A stretch of DNA of 64,000 nucleotides from Syntrophales bacterium (GTDB taxonomy: Bacteria; Desulfobacterota; Syntrophia; Syntrophales; UBA6807), in NCBI GenBank assembly GCA_040767195.1, contig JAXGPA010000001.1:736001-800000 (forward strand). Reading direction: 5' to 3'. Under the pieces are notes generated by a model. It was not told where the DNA came from. It made no database searches and worked only from the letters and a program-made list of their open reading frames with translations. Position numbers and translations under genes: made by a program. Of the stretch, positions 9,273-19,055 are shown one piece after another; the stretch's first letter is position 1; every line of letters starts with the position of its first letter.

Positions 9273-9548
9273 CGCTTTTTTTCTTCTATTTCATATTTCC
9301 GGCAGGCAATGCCCGCTTTTTTAATATTATCAATTTTTATCCCGTCATTCCATAGATGCCTGACCATGAATCCCCGAAACCCGACTATCCCGGCTTTGAA
9401 CCCCGCCCCATCTGTCACGGACTGGCCACGCCGAGGCTGAAAGTTCGGTGAAACCGCTCAAGGCCGGATGCCTCATTGATTTACCGGGAAAAAGTCCTTA
9501 TGATTGTTCAGTGAACTCGGTTCAATTGTCAAAGGTAGCCCCAGCGCC

Positions 9549-11285
9549 ATGTTCCGTATACGCCAGATTTTCGACGACTCGATTCCTGTGAACAAGACAG
9601 CCATCGCCCAGGTCCAGGCGATTCTCCGGGTTCGGATTCCCGGTCTTCGGGAAGATGAGATAGCCAGCATTCCGGAGCGATTGAAAAATCCGCTGAAGCA
9701 CCGGTTCCGTTCCATTCTTTTCGTTGCCGAGGGCAGCAAGGGAAGCATCGAGGGGTTCGCTTTCCTTCTCCACGAACCGGACCTTGACTTCGCATTCCTC
9801 GATTATCTGTCCACGGCAAGACAGCTTTCCGGCCGCGGTTTGGGAGGGGCCCTCTACGAAAGAACCCGGTTTCACGCCGTCGAATCGGGGTGCCGGGGGC
9901 TCTTTTTCGAGTGCCTTCCCGACGACCCCCGGCTCAGCCCGGATCCCGGGATACTGAAACAGAACATCACCCGGCTGAAATTCTATGAACGCTACGGCGC
10001 CCGGCCCGTTGCCGGGACGGCCTACGAAACCCCTCTCCGTCAGGGGGACGACAACCCGCCCTATCTGGTCCTCGATCCCCTGGGGCGGGAAGGAACCGTT
10101 TCCAGGTCCCATGCCCGGGAAATCGTCCGGGCGATCCTGGAGCGGAAATACGGAGACCTCTGTCCGGCGGGCTACATTGAAAAAGTGGTTGCGTCCTTCC
10201 AGGATGACCCCGTCCGTCTTCGTCCGCCCCGATATGTCCGCACGGTACCGCTCGCCGTATCCAGGACCATCCCCGACGATCGGAAAATCATCCTCATCGT
10301 GAACGACCGGCACGACATTCATCACATCAGGGAGCGGGGTTACGTGGAAGCGCCGGTTCGTATCCCAACCATCCTGAAAGAGATCGAGCCGACCCGTCTT
10401 TTCAAAACGGTCCCGGTTCGTCATTTTTCGGAAAAGCACATCCGCCAGGTCCACGACTCCCGTTTTTACGAATACTTCAAGAAAGTGTGCGAATCCCTGG
10501 AACCGGGCCGATCCCTCTATCCCTATGTTTTCCCCATCCGGAACGCCGCGAAACCTCCCAGGGAACTCCCCGTCCGGGCGGGATACTATTGCATCGACAC
10601 GTTCACGCCCCTCAACCGGAACGCGTACCTGGCCGCCAAGAGGGCCGTGGACTGCGCTCTCACCGGGGCGTCCCGGATCCTTGAAGGAAACAGGATCGCC
10701 TACGCCCTGGTCCGTCCCCCGGGACATCATGCCGAACGTTGCGCTTTCGGAGGGTTCTGTTACTTCAACGCCGCCGCCGTCGCCGCCCATTATCTCAGCC
10801 CCTTCGGAAAAGTGGCCATCCTCGATCTGGACTATCACCACGGGAACGGCCAGCAGGACATTTTCTACGAGCGTTCCGACGTTCTCACCATTTCCATTCA
10901 CGGCCACCCCCGGTTCGCCTATCCTTATTTCAGCGGTTTCGAGGATGAAAAAGGCTCGGGGGCCGGCGCCGGCTTCAATGTGAACTTTCCCCTCCCGGAA
11001 AAGACAGACGGGGAAAAATATCGGGAGATCCTGGAAAAAGCTTTGAAAGTCGTTCGAAAATTCGATCCCGATTTTCTCGTTGTCGCCCTGGGGCTGGATA
11101 CGGCCCGGGGGGATCCCACGGGCACGTGGTCTCTGCAATCCCGGGATTTCGAGATAAACGGGAAGATGATCGGCCGCCTGCACCTGCCCACCCTGATCGT
11201 CCAGGAAGGCGGCTACAACTCGAGAAATTTAGGCGTTAACGCACGGCACTTTTTTCTGGGCCTCTGGAGTGCCATGAACCCCTGA
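9549..11285 (+). CDS. GNAT-like N-terminal domain fused to an HDAC/acetylpolyamine amidohydrolase domain
   Basis: N-terminal LDYL..SGRGLGGALY and RLKFYERYG; C-terminal RPPGHHA, GGFCYFN, DLDYHHGNG, ALGLD and EGGY. Confidence 0.85.
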   Translation: MFRIRQIFDDSIPVNKTAIAQVQAILRVRIPGLREDEIASIPERLKNPLKHRFRSILFVAEGSKGSIEGFAFLLHEPDLDFAFLDYLSTARQLSGRGLGGALYERTRFHAVESGCRGLFFECLPDDPRLSPDPGILKQNITRLKFYERYGARPVAGTAYETPLRQGDDNPPYLVLDPLGREGTVSRSHAREIVRAILERKYGDLCPAGYIEKVVASFQDDPVRLRPPRYVRTVPLAVSRTIPDDRKIILIVNDRHDIHHIRERGYVEAPVRIPTILKEIEPTRLFKTVPVRHFSEKHIRQVHDSRFYEYFKKVCESLEPGRSLYPYVFPIRNAAKPPRELPVRAGYYCIDTFTPLNRNAYLAAKRAVDCALTGASRILEGNRIAYALVRPPGHHAERCAFGGFCYFNAAAVAAHYLSPFGKVAILDLDYHHGNGQQDIFYERSDVLTISIHGHPRFAYPYFSGFEDEKGSGAGAGFNVNFPLPEKTDGEKYREILEKALKVVRKFDPDFLVVALGLDTARGDPTGTWSLQSRDFEINGKMIGRLHLPTLIVQEGGYNSRNLGVNARHFFLGLWSAMNP

Positions 11286-11348
11286 AGATTTCGAAAGGCG
11301 ACGGAAACGGGGCCTGTTTCGTGAAGGGGTCATAAAAAAGGAGACGGG

Positions 11349-11771
11349 ATGATGAAAACGAGAATCCACGTAAGCAACCGGCTTGTCAAGGGCGCGGACC
11401 TGAACCACCACGGAACCCTTTTCGCCGGCCGGGGGGCCGAGTGGTTCGTCGAATCCGGCTTTATCGCCGCGGCCGGCCTGACATCCGCTCACCGCATTCT
11501 GTGTGTGAACATTCACGGCATGGTCTTCAAGAAACCCGTGCCGCCGGGCAGTGTCCTCCGGTACACGAGCCGGGTCGTCTATGCCGGCAGAACCCGTCTC
11601 GTCTCCCACGTGAGAGTTTTTCTCGACAAGGAAGAGGCATTTCTCCTGGAAGGATTTTTGAGTTTCGTTCATGTGGACGATCAGGGCCGGCCTTCTCCCC
11701 ACGGCGTTGTCATCGATTATGAAACCCCGGAGGATGTCGACACCCTTGAAAAGGTCAGACGCCTTCTGTAA
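11349..11771 (+). CDS. Acyl-CoA thioesterase (hotdog fold)
   Basis: DLNHHGTLFAG, FKKPV, GRT and FVHVDDQGRP. Confidence 0.85.
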   Translation: MMKTRIHVSNRLVKGADLNHHGTLFAGRGAEWFVESGFIAAAGLTSAHRILCVNIHGMVFKKPVPPGSVLRYTSRVVYAGRTRLVSHVRVFLDKEEAFLLEGFLSFVHVDDQGRPSPHGVVIDYETPEDVDTLEKVRRLL

Positions 11772-11787
11772 TATTTTCTTCCGTCAG

Positions 11788-11816
11788 TTGATTTTGCGCC
11801 GGATAATTCGTATGCT
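11788..11816 (+). promoter_or_regulatory. Sigma70-like promoter for the HEAT/YiiX operon
   Basis: TTGATT-N17-TATGCT. Confidence 0.5.
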
Positions 11817-11914
11817 GTAAGCGATAAAGCCGCACGCGCCGAGGGACCCCCGGGCGAAGCCGCCGGGCGGTTTTTCACGACCGGGGCATGGAGGGCGGCT
11901 TTGAGGAGACCGTC

Positions 11915-12670
11915 ATGAAGATTTACGGATTCGTTCTCGCCCTTGTTCTTCTTCTCGCCGTTTTTGCTTCGCCGGCGGCGGCTGAAGAAGGAAATGCAGC
12001 GGTGGCCAGGCAAGCCACCCGGGCCGCCGATACATCATTGACTATGGATGAGCGCATCCAGGCCGTTCAGACCCTGGGCCGATCCGGGGACGGCCGGGCG
12101 GCGGCCCCGCTTCTGGGAATCCTGAAAGACCCGTCGGAAGAGCCGGGCCTTCGGGCCTGCGCCGCCCGGGCCCTGGCAAAACTCGACACGGCCCGGCCGG
12201 AAGTCCTGGCCGCCCTGGAGTCGGCCTACCGGGAAACGGCCGCCGAAGACAATCTCCGCTACACCGTCCTTCAGACCCTGGGAGACCTGAAGGCCCTCGA
12301 GGCCTTGGCACTCCTCCAGGAAGCCCTGGAAGACCCCGATGACACGGTCCGCTTCAAGGCCGCCCAGGCCCTGGGGGAACTGAACGACCCGGAGGCCGTG
12401 AAGCTCCTCATGGGACGATACGACCAGGAGCCCGATAAAACCGTTCGGGCGGAAATCATCCGGGCCCTGGGCAGGCTTCGGGACCCGGCTCTCGAACCGT
12501 TCCTCGCCGGCGCGCTCCTGAAAGACGAAGAGGCCCTGGTGCGGTGGAATGCCGCCCTGATGCTCCAGGGGTACGACGAACTCGGACCGGAGGCCCGGGA
12601 GGCCCTCGCTGTGGCGGCACGCGATCCGTCCCCCATGGTCCGCCAGGCGGCGTCGGGAGGTGCCCCATGA
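11915..12670 (+). CDS. Exported HEAT (PBS-lyase-like) repeat protein
   Basis: GAGGAG RBS, signal peptide MKIYGFVLALVLLLAVFASPAAA, repeated VRxxAAxALG units. Confidence 0.85.
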   Translation: MKIYGFVLALVLLLAVFASPAAAEEGNAAVARQATRAADTSLTMDERIQAVQTLGRSGDGRAAAPLLGILKDPSEEPGLRACAARALAKLDTARPEVLAALESAYRETAAEDNLRYTVLQTLGDLKALEALALLQEALEDPDDTVRFKAAQALGELNDPEAVKLLMGRYDQEPDKTVRAEIIRALGRLRDPALEPFLAGALLKDEEALVRWNAALMLQGYDELGPEAREALAVAARDPSPMVRQAASGGAP

Positions 12671-13587
12671 AACGGGTCTGCCTTTTCATCATCCTTGTAC
12701 TTCTGACCTCGGCAGGCACCGCCTTTTCCCTGGAAAAGGGAGCCCTTCTCTACCACTCGAGCCAGGGAGACACGCTCTACGGGCGGACGGATGCTCTCGT
12801 CCTCCCCTGCTCCCCCATCGACGCTTTTTACGGCGCCCTGACTTCAGGCCACGCCGGCCTGTACATTGGCGGCGGCGAGATCATTCACGCCATAAGAGAC
12901 GGTGTCGTGGAGGCGCCTTCCGAAAATTTCCTCACCCGGGAGGATCTCGAAAAGGGATGCCTGTACATCGGCGCCAAGCTTCCCGTGAACTATGGCGACC
13001 CGGTGGTGTGGCCCCCGGAACGAAAGGATCAGATCGTCGTCATCGCCCGGGAACAGCTGGGAAAAGATTACGACTTCACCTTCCATCGCCAGAAAGGCAA
13101 CGGGTCGGGAGACTTCACCTGCGTTGGATTCGTGGAATATGTTTACGAGGAAGTGGGTTACGATGTCACCCCCGGGGGATACTATGCCACCGGGGCCGGC
13201 GGCAAGACCTACGCCCAGACGTACAACTGCGCCGAAACCCTTTTCCAGGACTGGACGGGAATAAATTCCTTCACGGAGAAGGTCGAGTTCTCCCGGGTCC
13301 AGCATCCCCTCACAACGGTCCTGAAAATCCCCCTGGGACGGGAGTATGAAGGGGAACGATACATCTTCTTCCCCTACAGTCAGTATCGTCAGTCCACAAC
13401 GGTCGCCGTTCCCACGGACATTCCCGTTTCCGGGGGCGCTTCAGGTTCCGGGGGAGGCGGCTCCTGTTTCATCGCCACGGTTTCCCCGGACCGGACCGCA
13501 TCCCTGGCCCTTCTGATCCTTGTCTTTTCCCTGGCTGGCTTCCTCGTTGTTTTGTACCGGTCCCGAAGGTCCGGCAACGGTTCATAA
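12667..13587 (+). CDS. Exported permuted papain-like (YiiX/NlpC-P60-like) protein with CFI-box-type C-terminal anchor
   Basis: Signal peptide; GHAGLY..IIHA, then QLGKDYDF and FTCVGFVEYVY (His before Cys); tail GGGGSCFIAT plus TM helix plus basic residues. Confidence 0.75.
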   Translation: MKRVCLFIILVLLTSAGTAFSLEKGALLYHSSQGDTLYGRTDALVLPCSPIDAFYGALTSGHAGLYIGGGEIIHAIRDGVVEAPSENFLTREDLEKGCLYIGAKLPVNYGDPVVWPPERKDQIVVIAREQLGKDYDFTFHRQKGNGSGDFTCVGFVEYVYEEVGYDVTPGGYYATGAGGKTYAQTYNCAETLFQDWTGINSFTEKVEFSRVQHPLTTVLKIPLGREYEGERYIFFPYSQYRQSTTVAVPTDIPVSGGASGSGGGGSCFIATVSPDRTASLALLILVFSLAGFLVVLYRSRRSGNGS

Positions 13588-13622
13588 ATAAGGCCCTTTT
13601 CGAGGGAAAAGCCAAACCCTGC

Positions 13623-13662
13623 AAAAAGCCGGGATCCCTGAATGGCTGGAATCCCGGCTTTT
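13623..13662. terminator. Bidirectional intrinsic terminator
   Basis: AAAAAGCCGGGAT...ATCCCGGCTTTTT between convergent genes. Confidence 0.75.
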
Positions 13663-13739
13663 TCGTTCAGCCCCCGACCGTCAACCTGTATGGTCCTTAT
13701 TTTCGGACCTTGGATAACGTTGAAAATTGTCCTTTTTCG

Positions 13740-13867
13740 GATCGCTTCGTAAAAAATCCCTTAAAGCAGGCCGCTTGAATTCGGACAAATCCGCCGTACC
13801 CTTCGATGCGCCCTTGCTACGGGGGACGTAGGGCCCCGGTATGGGGAATTTTCACGGCGTCTTCATC
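13740..13867. repeat. Degenerate copy of the palindromic intergenic repeat
   Basis: Starts gatcgcttcgtaaaaaatcc and ends ggaattttcacggcgtc, resembling the arms of 27700..27874. Confidence 0.5.
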
Positions 13868-14081
13868 TTTTCCGGATGACCATCCTGTACCCGTCGTCCT
13901 CCGGGCTTACGGAAACCATTTCCCAGCCCTGGCTGGAAGCCGCCCGGGAGACGTTTTCCCTGGACGTTTCGGTGTCAACGAGGACCTCCAGTTCGGTTTC
14001 CTTCCCCGCACGAATGGCGTTAAGCGCCAGGATGACCGGCTGGGGGCAGGACAGACCTCTCGCATCGACAATCTTGCTCAT
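13863..14081 (-). CDS. TusA/SirA-family sulfur/selenium carrier (YedF-like)
   Basis: VDARGLSCPQPVI (CPxP) motif, 72 aa, directly downstream of the YedE-type gene. Confidence 0.9.
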   Translation of the reverse strand: MSKIVDARGLSCPQPVILALNAIRAGKETELEVLVDTETSRENVSRAASSQGWEMVSVSPEDDGYRMVIRKR

Positions 14082-14093
14082 GGCGTGCCTCCC

Positions 14094-15188
14094 TTAAGAT
14101 ATTTTCCGCCGCATGGTGAAACCGATGAAAAGACAGGCGGCAAAGCCGACGATCACCGACGCGACACCGTGGGGACCCACACCGGCGGGCGAACTGGCCA
14201 GGCCGAAATTGTGGGCGACGGCCGCCCCGGTAATCATGCCCAGGACGAAGACGGCGGCATCCCCGTCCCCCTCGCCGGCCAGGAACAGCTGTCGACCCGG
14301 ACACCCCCCGGCAAGAGCAAAAGCGAGGCCCGCCAGGGCCATCCCCAGAAAATTCCAGAGTTGCATGGTGTGGGCCACCGGCTGGCCGGCAAAACCGGGA
14401 TGAAACTGCCTGAAAACGAGATTCGTTACAAAGGCCGCCGCAATGAGGGCGACAAAGCCGGATAGAAGATGGGTTTGCCGGAACAGAATGAAATCCCGAA
14501 TGGCGCCCATGGTGCAGAATCGGCTTCTCTGGGCGACAAAACCGACGACCAGGCCGATCCCCAGGGAAACAGCCAGGGACGCGTGCATCGCCCCGGGACC
14601 CTTTAGGCTGTAAAAGAGAACCCCGCTTTTCTCCTGTCCTTCCAGGGGAGGGAAAAGGACCCTGAGAGTCAGAAGGCCCACGATGATGAGGGGAAACATC
14701 CATCCCGCCGCCGTGTAGGACGCATTGTTCCGTCCCAGGCTGTATCCGCCCCGGAGAAAAAGGGTTCCCAGCCAGATCCCGCCGATGAGGCCGAGAAGGC
14801 CGAATACGGCGCTTCCGTCCCCGCCGGCAAGACGCAGGGCCGCCCGCCAGGGACAGCCGAGGAAGACCAGGGCACCGATCATGGCGAAGACGCCCAGGAC
14901 GAACCGGACCACCGGGGCCGATCCCATGCGGGGCCGGAATTCCCGGAACAGATAGGCGGCGCCGAGCGATCCCAGGACAAAACCGAAGATTTCCGGCCTC
15001 AGGTACTGGACCACGGCGGCCCGGTGAAGCCCCAGTCCGCCGGCAATGTCGCGCTCGAAACAGGCGACACAGATACCCATGTTCCCGGGATTTCCCAGTT
15101 TCTGGAGCAGGGAAGCAAGGATCCCGATCAGCACCCCGACCCCCACAATTCCCCAACGCGTGGAAAACAGATTTTTCAGACCTTCCAT
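14094..15188 (-). CDS. yedE: YedE-family putative selenium transporter
   Basis: LGNPGNMGICVACFERDIAG, FLGCPWR, SRFCTMG and GGCPGRQ; many TM helices. Confidence 0.88.
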   Translation of the reverse strand: MEGLKNLFSTRWGIVGVGVLIGILASLLQKLGNPGNMGICVACFERDIAGGLGLHRAAVVQYLRPEIFGFVLGSLGAAYLFREFRPRMGSAPVVRFVLGVFAMIGALVFLGCPWRAALRLAGGDGSAVFGLLGLIGGIWLGTLFLRGGYSLGRNNASYTAAGWMFPLIIVGLLTLRVLFPPLEGQEKSGVLFYSLKGPGAMHASLAVSLGIGLVVGFVAQRSRFCTMGAIRDFILFRQTHLLSGFVALIAAAFVTNLVFRQFHPGFAGQPVAHTMQLWNFLGMALAGLAFALAGGCPGRQLFLAGEGDGDAAVFVLGMITGAAVAHNFGLASSPAGVGPHGVASVIVGFAACLFIGFTMRRKIS

Positions 15189-15309
15189 TCTTTCCTCCTC
15201 CCGGCCAAACAGCGGTTTCGACAACCTGCTTATGGTTTGCCACCGGGGGATATAAATGGAGTTTTATTTATAAGTCAAATTCTAAATATGAATAATAGTC
15301 GGGAAGGTT

Positions 15310-15999
15310 TCAAAAATCGGAGGGTGGCGGAGCGCCGAGGTCATCGAGAACGGCCATGAAATCCCGCCCCGGGGGACAGGAAACCGCAAAGGCTTCCTTT
15401 CCGCCCCAGGGAAAGACCAGTTTCAAGGCATGAAGCATGAGCCGGGAAACGCCGCCCACGGGAAAGCCGCTCCCGTAGCGTGTTTCTCCCAGGAGGGGAT
15501 GTCCCAGGGAGTACAGGTGGACCCGGATCTGGTGGCGCCTCCCCGTGAACGGTTCCGCCTCGACCCAGGCCGCCCCGGGGAACCCCTTCCGGACCCGGTA
15601 CCGGGTTTCCGAGGGTTTCCCGCGCCCGTCCACGCCCATCCGTCCGGAACCGAACGCATGAATGGGGCTCGTAATGACACCGTCCCCGGCCATCTCCCCC
15701 TGCACGACCGCCCAGTAGGTTTTACGAACCCGTCTTCCGGCAAAAAGCCCGGACAGGTACCGGTGGCTTTCCCGATCCCGGGCAAAAAGAACGACACCGC
15801 TTGCCTCCCTGTCGAGACGGTGAACAATGAAGAGCTTCTCCTTCCGTTCCCGCGACAGGCGATCCACCAGGGATTCGCCGCTCGAACCCCGTCCGGGGAT
15901 GACAAGATCGCCGGCGGTCTTGGAAACGGCCAGAATCCCCTGGTCTTCAAAGAGGATTTCCGATTCCGTACCGGGTTCAGGCGTCGAAATAGTTTTCAT
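15310..15999 (-). CDS. RluA-family RNA pseudouridine synthase
   Basis: VHRLDREASG, TGRRHQIRVHL, GHPLLGE and LMLHA. Confidence 0.92.
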   Translation of the reverse strand: MKTISTPEPGTESEILFEDQGILAVSKTAGDLVIPGRGSSGESLVDRLSRERKEKLFIVHRLDREASGVVLFARDRESHRYLSGLFAGRRVRKTYWAVVQGEMAGDGVITSPIHAFGSGRMGVDGRGKPSETRYRVRKGFPGAAWVEAEPFTGRRHQIRVHLYSLGHPLLGETRYGSGFPVGGVSRLMLHALKLVFPWGGKEAFAVSCPPGRDFMAVLDDLGAPPPSDF

Positions 16000-17410
16000 G
16001 GCCTGCCTGCCGGATTTTTCGGTTTACCGCCTCCCGGTCCTTCAGATAAAGTCCCCGGGATTTCATCCGCTCAAAATACACGGATCCCGAAAAGGTGTAT
16101 GGATGGGAAATTGTCCGGCCCTTTACCATTTCTTCTGTCGAAAACCGGACCATATCCCCCACGGCAAGATCACCGGGAAGCTCCACGGACTGAAGACGGC
16201 GGGCGACCCTGGCGGCATTGAATCCCGCCAGGGTTCCCGTGACGATGGCTTCCGTATGACCGAGGAGACCGGCCTTTTCCCCGCAGCAGAAAAGATTCCC
16301 GGCCCCCTGGACGGCCATTTTTTCATCCCGGGGCGACAGGGCGAGAAATCGCACCGAATTGGCGCGGCTTCCCCCGGCAGGCGACAGGAACCGGGCCTTT
16401 TCCAATCCGGGAATTCTGTTGAGGGACGGAAGGTCGAAGTAGGAAACCATGGCCTTCACATGACCGGTATCCAGGAGAATGAGATTTTCGGAAAATTCAG
16501 GCAACGCGTATTGCCGGCATACCTTCGCCGAAAGGGAGCCCTTCACCGCTGGCCCTCCTTGCGTCCGCGTCCATGTGACGCTCGCAAAGGACAGGAGATC
16601 GTCGAGAAATCGTCCCCGGGAACCTGTCATTCCTTCCATCGGAGAAAGCAGCCGATGAAATCCCGTTCCCTCTCTTTTCTTTTCCCTGACGGCATCGGCC
16701 AGGCCGGACTCTTTCAGTTCTGGAGGAAGGGGGACAATCGCGGCGCCGGAGCGATCCAGTTCGTCCCGCAACCCCGCCGACAGAGACTCCCGAAGAAAAT
16801 GACAGGAGCCGCTCAAGGCTCCCACGCCGCCATCCGGCCGGACGTGCCGTTTTTCCCGGATGCCCGCCAGGGCGGTGAGGCTGACCCGGCCTCCGAAAGA
16901 GGGACAGCGAAGAACGCACATGGCGCACCCGGAACCGTGGACGGTGCATCGCCACAAGGGGCCCGCCGTTCCCGTCGCGTCGACGAAGGCATCCCCCACG
17001 AAGGAAAGGCCCTCCTCCCCGAGAACGGCCAGGATACGATCCCCTTTCTTTTTCACCCGGACGATCCGGCTGTTCCAGGAAATAACGATGCCCCGATCCT
17101 CCAGGAGTGACCGGAGGTCTTTTTCCACGGCAGCCATCTCACACAGGCTGGCGTGTTCGTGGCCGGGGAAACGGACCTGTCGATGACGGGCATGTCGGTC
17201 GCACAGCTCGAAGAGCTCCCCGGCACCGAGACCCATCATCTCCTCCGCCGCCGTCTGCCGGCCGTTGTTCCTGAAAATGCCCCCTGCGAGTCCCGTTCCG
17301 AGGAGAAGATCGGTCCGCTCGACGAGGATGACCTCGGCCCCTTTCCGGCGGGCCATGAGGGCTGCCGCGCAGCCGCCCCACCCCCCCCCGACAACAACAA
17401 CGGTCGCCAT
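15977..17410 (-). CDS. FAD-dependent oxidoreductase, GidA/TrmFO-like, with a probable ~50-aa insertion
   Basis: VVVGGGWGG Rossmann motif, DATG, CAMCVLRCP and GEKAGLLGHTEAIVTG. Confidence 0.8.
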   Translation of the reverse strand: MATVVVVGGGWGGCAAALMARRKGAEVILVERTDLLLGTGLAGGIFRNNGRQTAAEEMMGLGAGELFELCDRHARHRQVRFPGHEHASLCEMAAVEKDLRSLLEDRGIVISWNSRIVRVKKKGDRILAVLGEEGLSFVGDAFVDATGTAGPLWRCTVHGSGCAMCVLRCPSFGGRVSLTALAGIREKRHVRPDGGVGALSGSCHFLRESLSAGLRDELDRSGAAIVPLPPELKESGLADAVREKKREGTGFHRLLSPMEGMTGSRGRFLDDLLSFASVTWTRTQGGPAVKGSLSAKVCRQYALPEFSENLILLDTGHVKAMVSYFDLPSLNRIPGLEKARFLSPAGGSRANSVRFLALSPRDEKMAVQGAGNLFCCGEKAGLLGHTEAIVTGTLAGFNAARVARRLQSVELPGDLAVGDMVRFSTEEMVKGRTISHPYTFSGSVYFERMKSRGLYLKDREAVNRKIRQAGHENYFDA

Positions 17411-17530
17411 CTTTTTTCCTTTTCTACACAATGTAAATTACGACTTGTTTATCTACCTTCCGGCTGCCGTGAAGGCCGGTACGTCGTCACCATTAGTCGT
17501 CCCAAAAGATCCCGAGGAAAACGTGAGAAT

Positions 17531-19027
17531 TCAGTAGTAATAGGACAAGCCTTCGGGAATGACTTCGCTTTCGAAAATGGTATGCCATTTTTCCCCTTCC
17601 ATCCCTTCATCCCGCCCCGGCGGTGTCCCTTCCCGGAGATCCCGGCCCACCTCTGAAGAGGCTGCGTCGCCGCCCAGGAAACGGCCCTTGAAGAAATCGA
17701 TTTCCCGGGGTGACAGGGGGATATCCCGGGCGACGGTGTTCCGTTCGATCACCACGGACCTCTTCCTCGTGAGGGTAACGTCGTGATACGGATTCCGGTA
17801 GGTGACCGAGGGGTGGAGGGAACAGGCCGTGTAGGACACTTTCACGGTGCCGCCGGAAAAATCCCGTCGGGACAGGACAGGGCCCGAAAAAAGAAGGCGA
17901 TTCTTCCCCGACAGGGTCCAGGAACCGGGGGCCGCCTCATCGGCCTCGAGTTCCCCGGCGATCCGGCCAATGTATTCCGGGGACCCTTCAACGGAAAAGC
18001 TCCTGATAAGCCCCGCCTCGGTGATGTCTTCCCAGGGCTTCCGGATGAGCCGGGCGTTTCTCCGTCTCGCCCCGGCGGTCTGAAAACGGCTCCGGTAGAC
18101 GGAAGAACAGTAATTCACGGGGAAATCGATTCCCTTTTCCCGAAGGCCCGCCAGAAGCCGAAGCGCCGTGAGTTCCGATTCCAGGACAGCCACCCGGGGA
18201 CCGTGAAGGAGCGTGTAGTTCCGGGCCAGGAGCTGTCTCCCGTTGTAGGGCGTGCAGCGGATCTGGTGAAGATTGAGATGGGTCACCCCCGAACGGGCCA
18301 TCTCCAGGATCTTCTCTTTCAAAAGATCTTCTTTTTCCGGAACGGCGGGGATTTCCACCGTCACGACCGGAATGATTCCCACGGCTTCCCGGACCGGTTC
18401 GAGGCGATAGTTCCCGGCGCCGATGTTGAAGCGCACCTCGTCCACGCCCGCATCCCGGAGACGGCCCAGGTTTTCCCGGTTCGTCAGAAGACCGTTGGTG
18501 TAAAGCCAGATGTAAAGGGACGTATCGAAGTGTCTTCGGATCTTTGTCACGAACGCCAGGGTCCGGTCCAGGGTGAGGAGGGGTTCGCCGCCGCTGACGC
18601 TCATGCCCCGGAACCCGAATTTTTCCAGATAGGCGATGTATTCCCGGGGTTCGGGAAAGGACAGGGTGCCGGTCATGGGAACGTCCCGGCTCTTCTGCTC
18701 CGTGGGACAGTAAAAACAGTGTCCGTTGCAGACACCGTTTATGAAAAGGCAGGACCAGGCCCCCTCCCCGCAGAGCCGGCAGCCCGGGGAAAGGTTCCTC
18801 ATGTCCACCTTGGTCCCCCGGAAACCGAAGACCGCGTGGTTTTTGAGCATTTCCAGAAGGCGCTGCCGCTCCTCCCGGGCCTGTTCCGCCGTCTTCGGAT
18901 TCACCCACGGGAGTTCTTCATAGAGAGGGCCGAGGTCCCGGCGATTCGCCTCCCTGACGGCCGGACGGTCATATTCGAAAAGGCTCATGTCACCGCTCTT
19001 GAAACGCCTTATGGGATGACTTGTCAA
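17531..19027 (-). CDS. Radical SAM protein (start may be 18988)
   Basis: CNGHCFYC, SGGEPLL, WLYTNG and DEVRF. Confidence 0.88.
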   Translation of the reverse strand: MTSHPIRRFKSGDMSLFEYDRPAVREANRRDLGPLYEELPWVNPKTAEQAREERQRLLEMLKNHAVFGFRGTKVDMRNLSPGCRLCGEGAWSCLFINGVCNGHCFYCPTEQKSRDVPMTGTLSFPEPREYIAYLEKFGFRGMSVSGGEPLLTLDRTLAFVTKIRRHFDTSLYIWLYTNGLLTNRENLGRLRDAGVDEVRFNIGAGNYRLEPVREAVGIIPVVTVEIPAVPEKEDLLKEKILEMARSGVTHLNLHQIRCTPYNGRQLLARNYTLLHGPRVAVLESELTALRLLAGLREKGIDFPVNYCSSVYRSRFQTAGARRRNARLIRKPWEDITEAGLIRSFSVEGSPEYIGRIAGELEADEAAPGSWTLSGKNRLLFSGPVLSRRDFSGGTVKVSYTACSLHPSVTYRNPYHDVTLTRKRSVVIERNTVARDIPLSPREIDFFKGRFLGGDAASSEVGRDLREGTPPGRDEGMEGEKWHTIFESEVIPEGLSYYY

Positions 19028-19055
19028 AAATCCCTGATTTGAAAATCTTCGTGTC

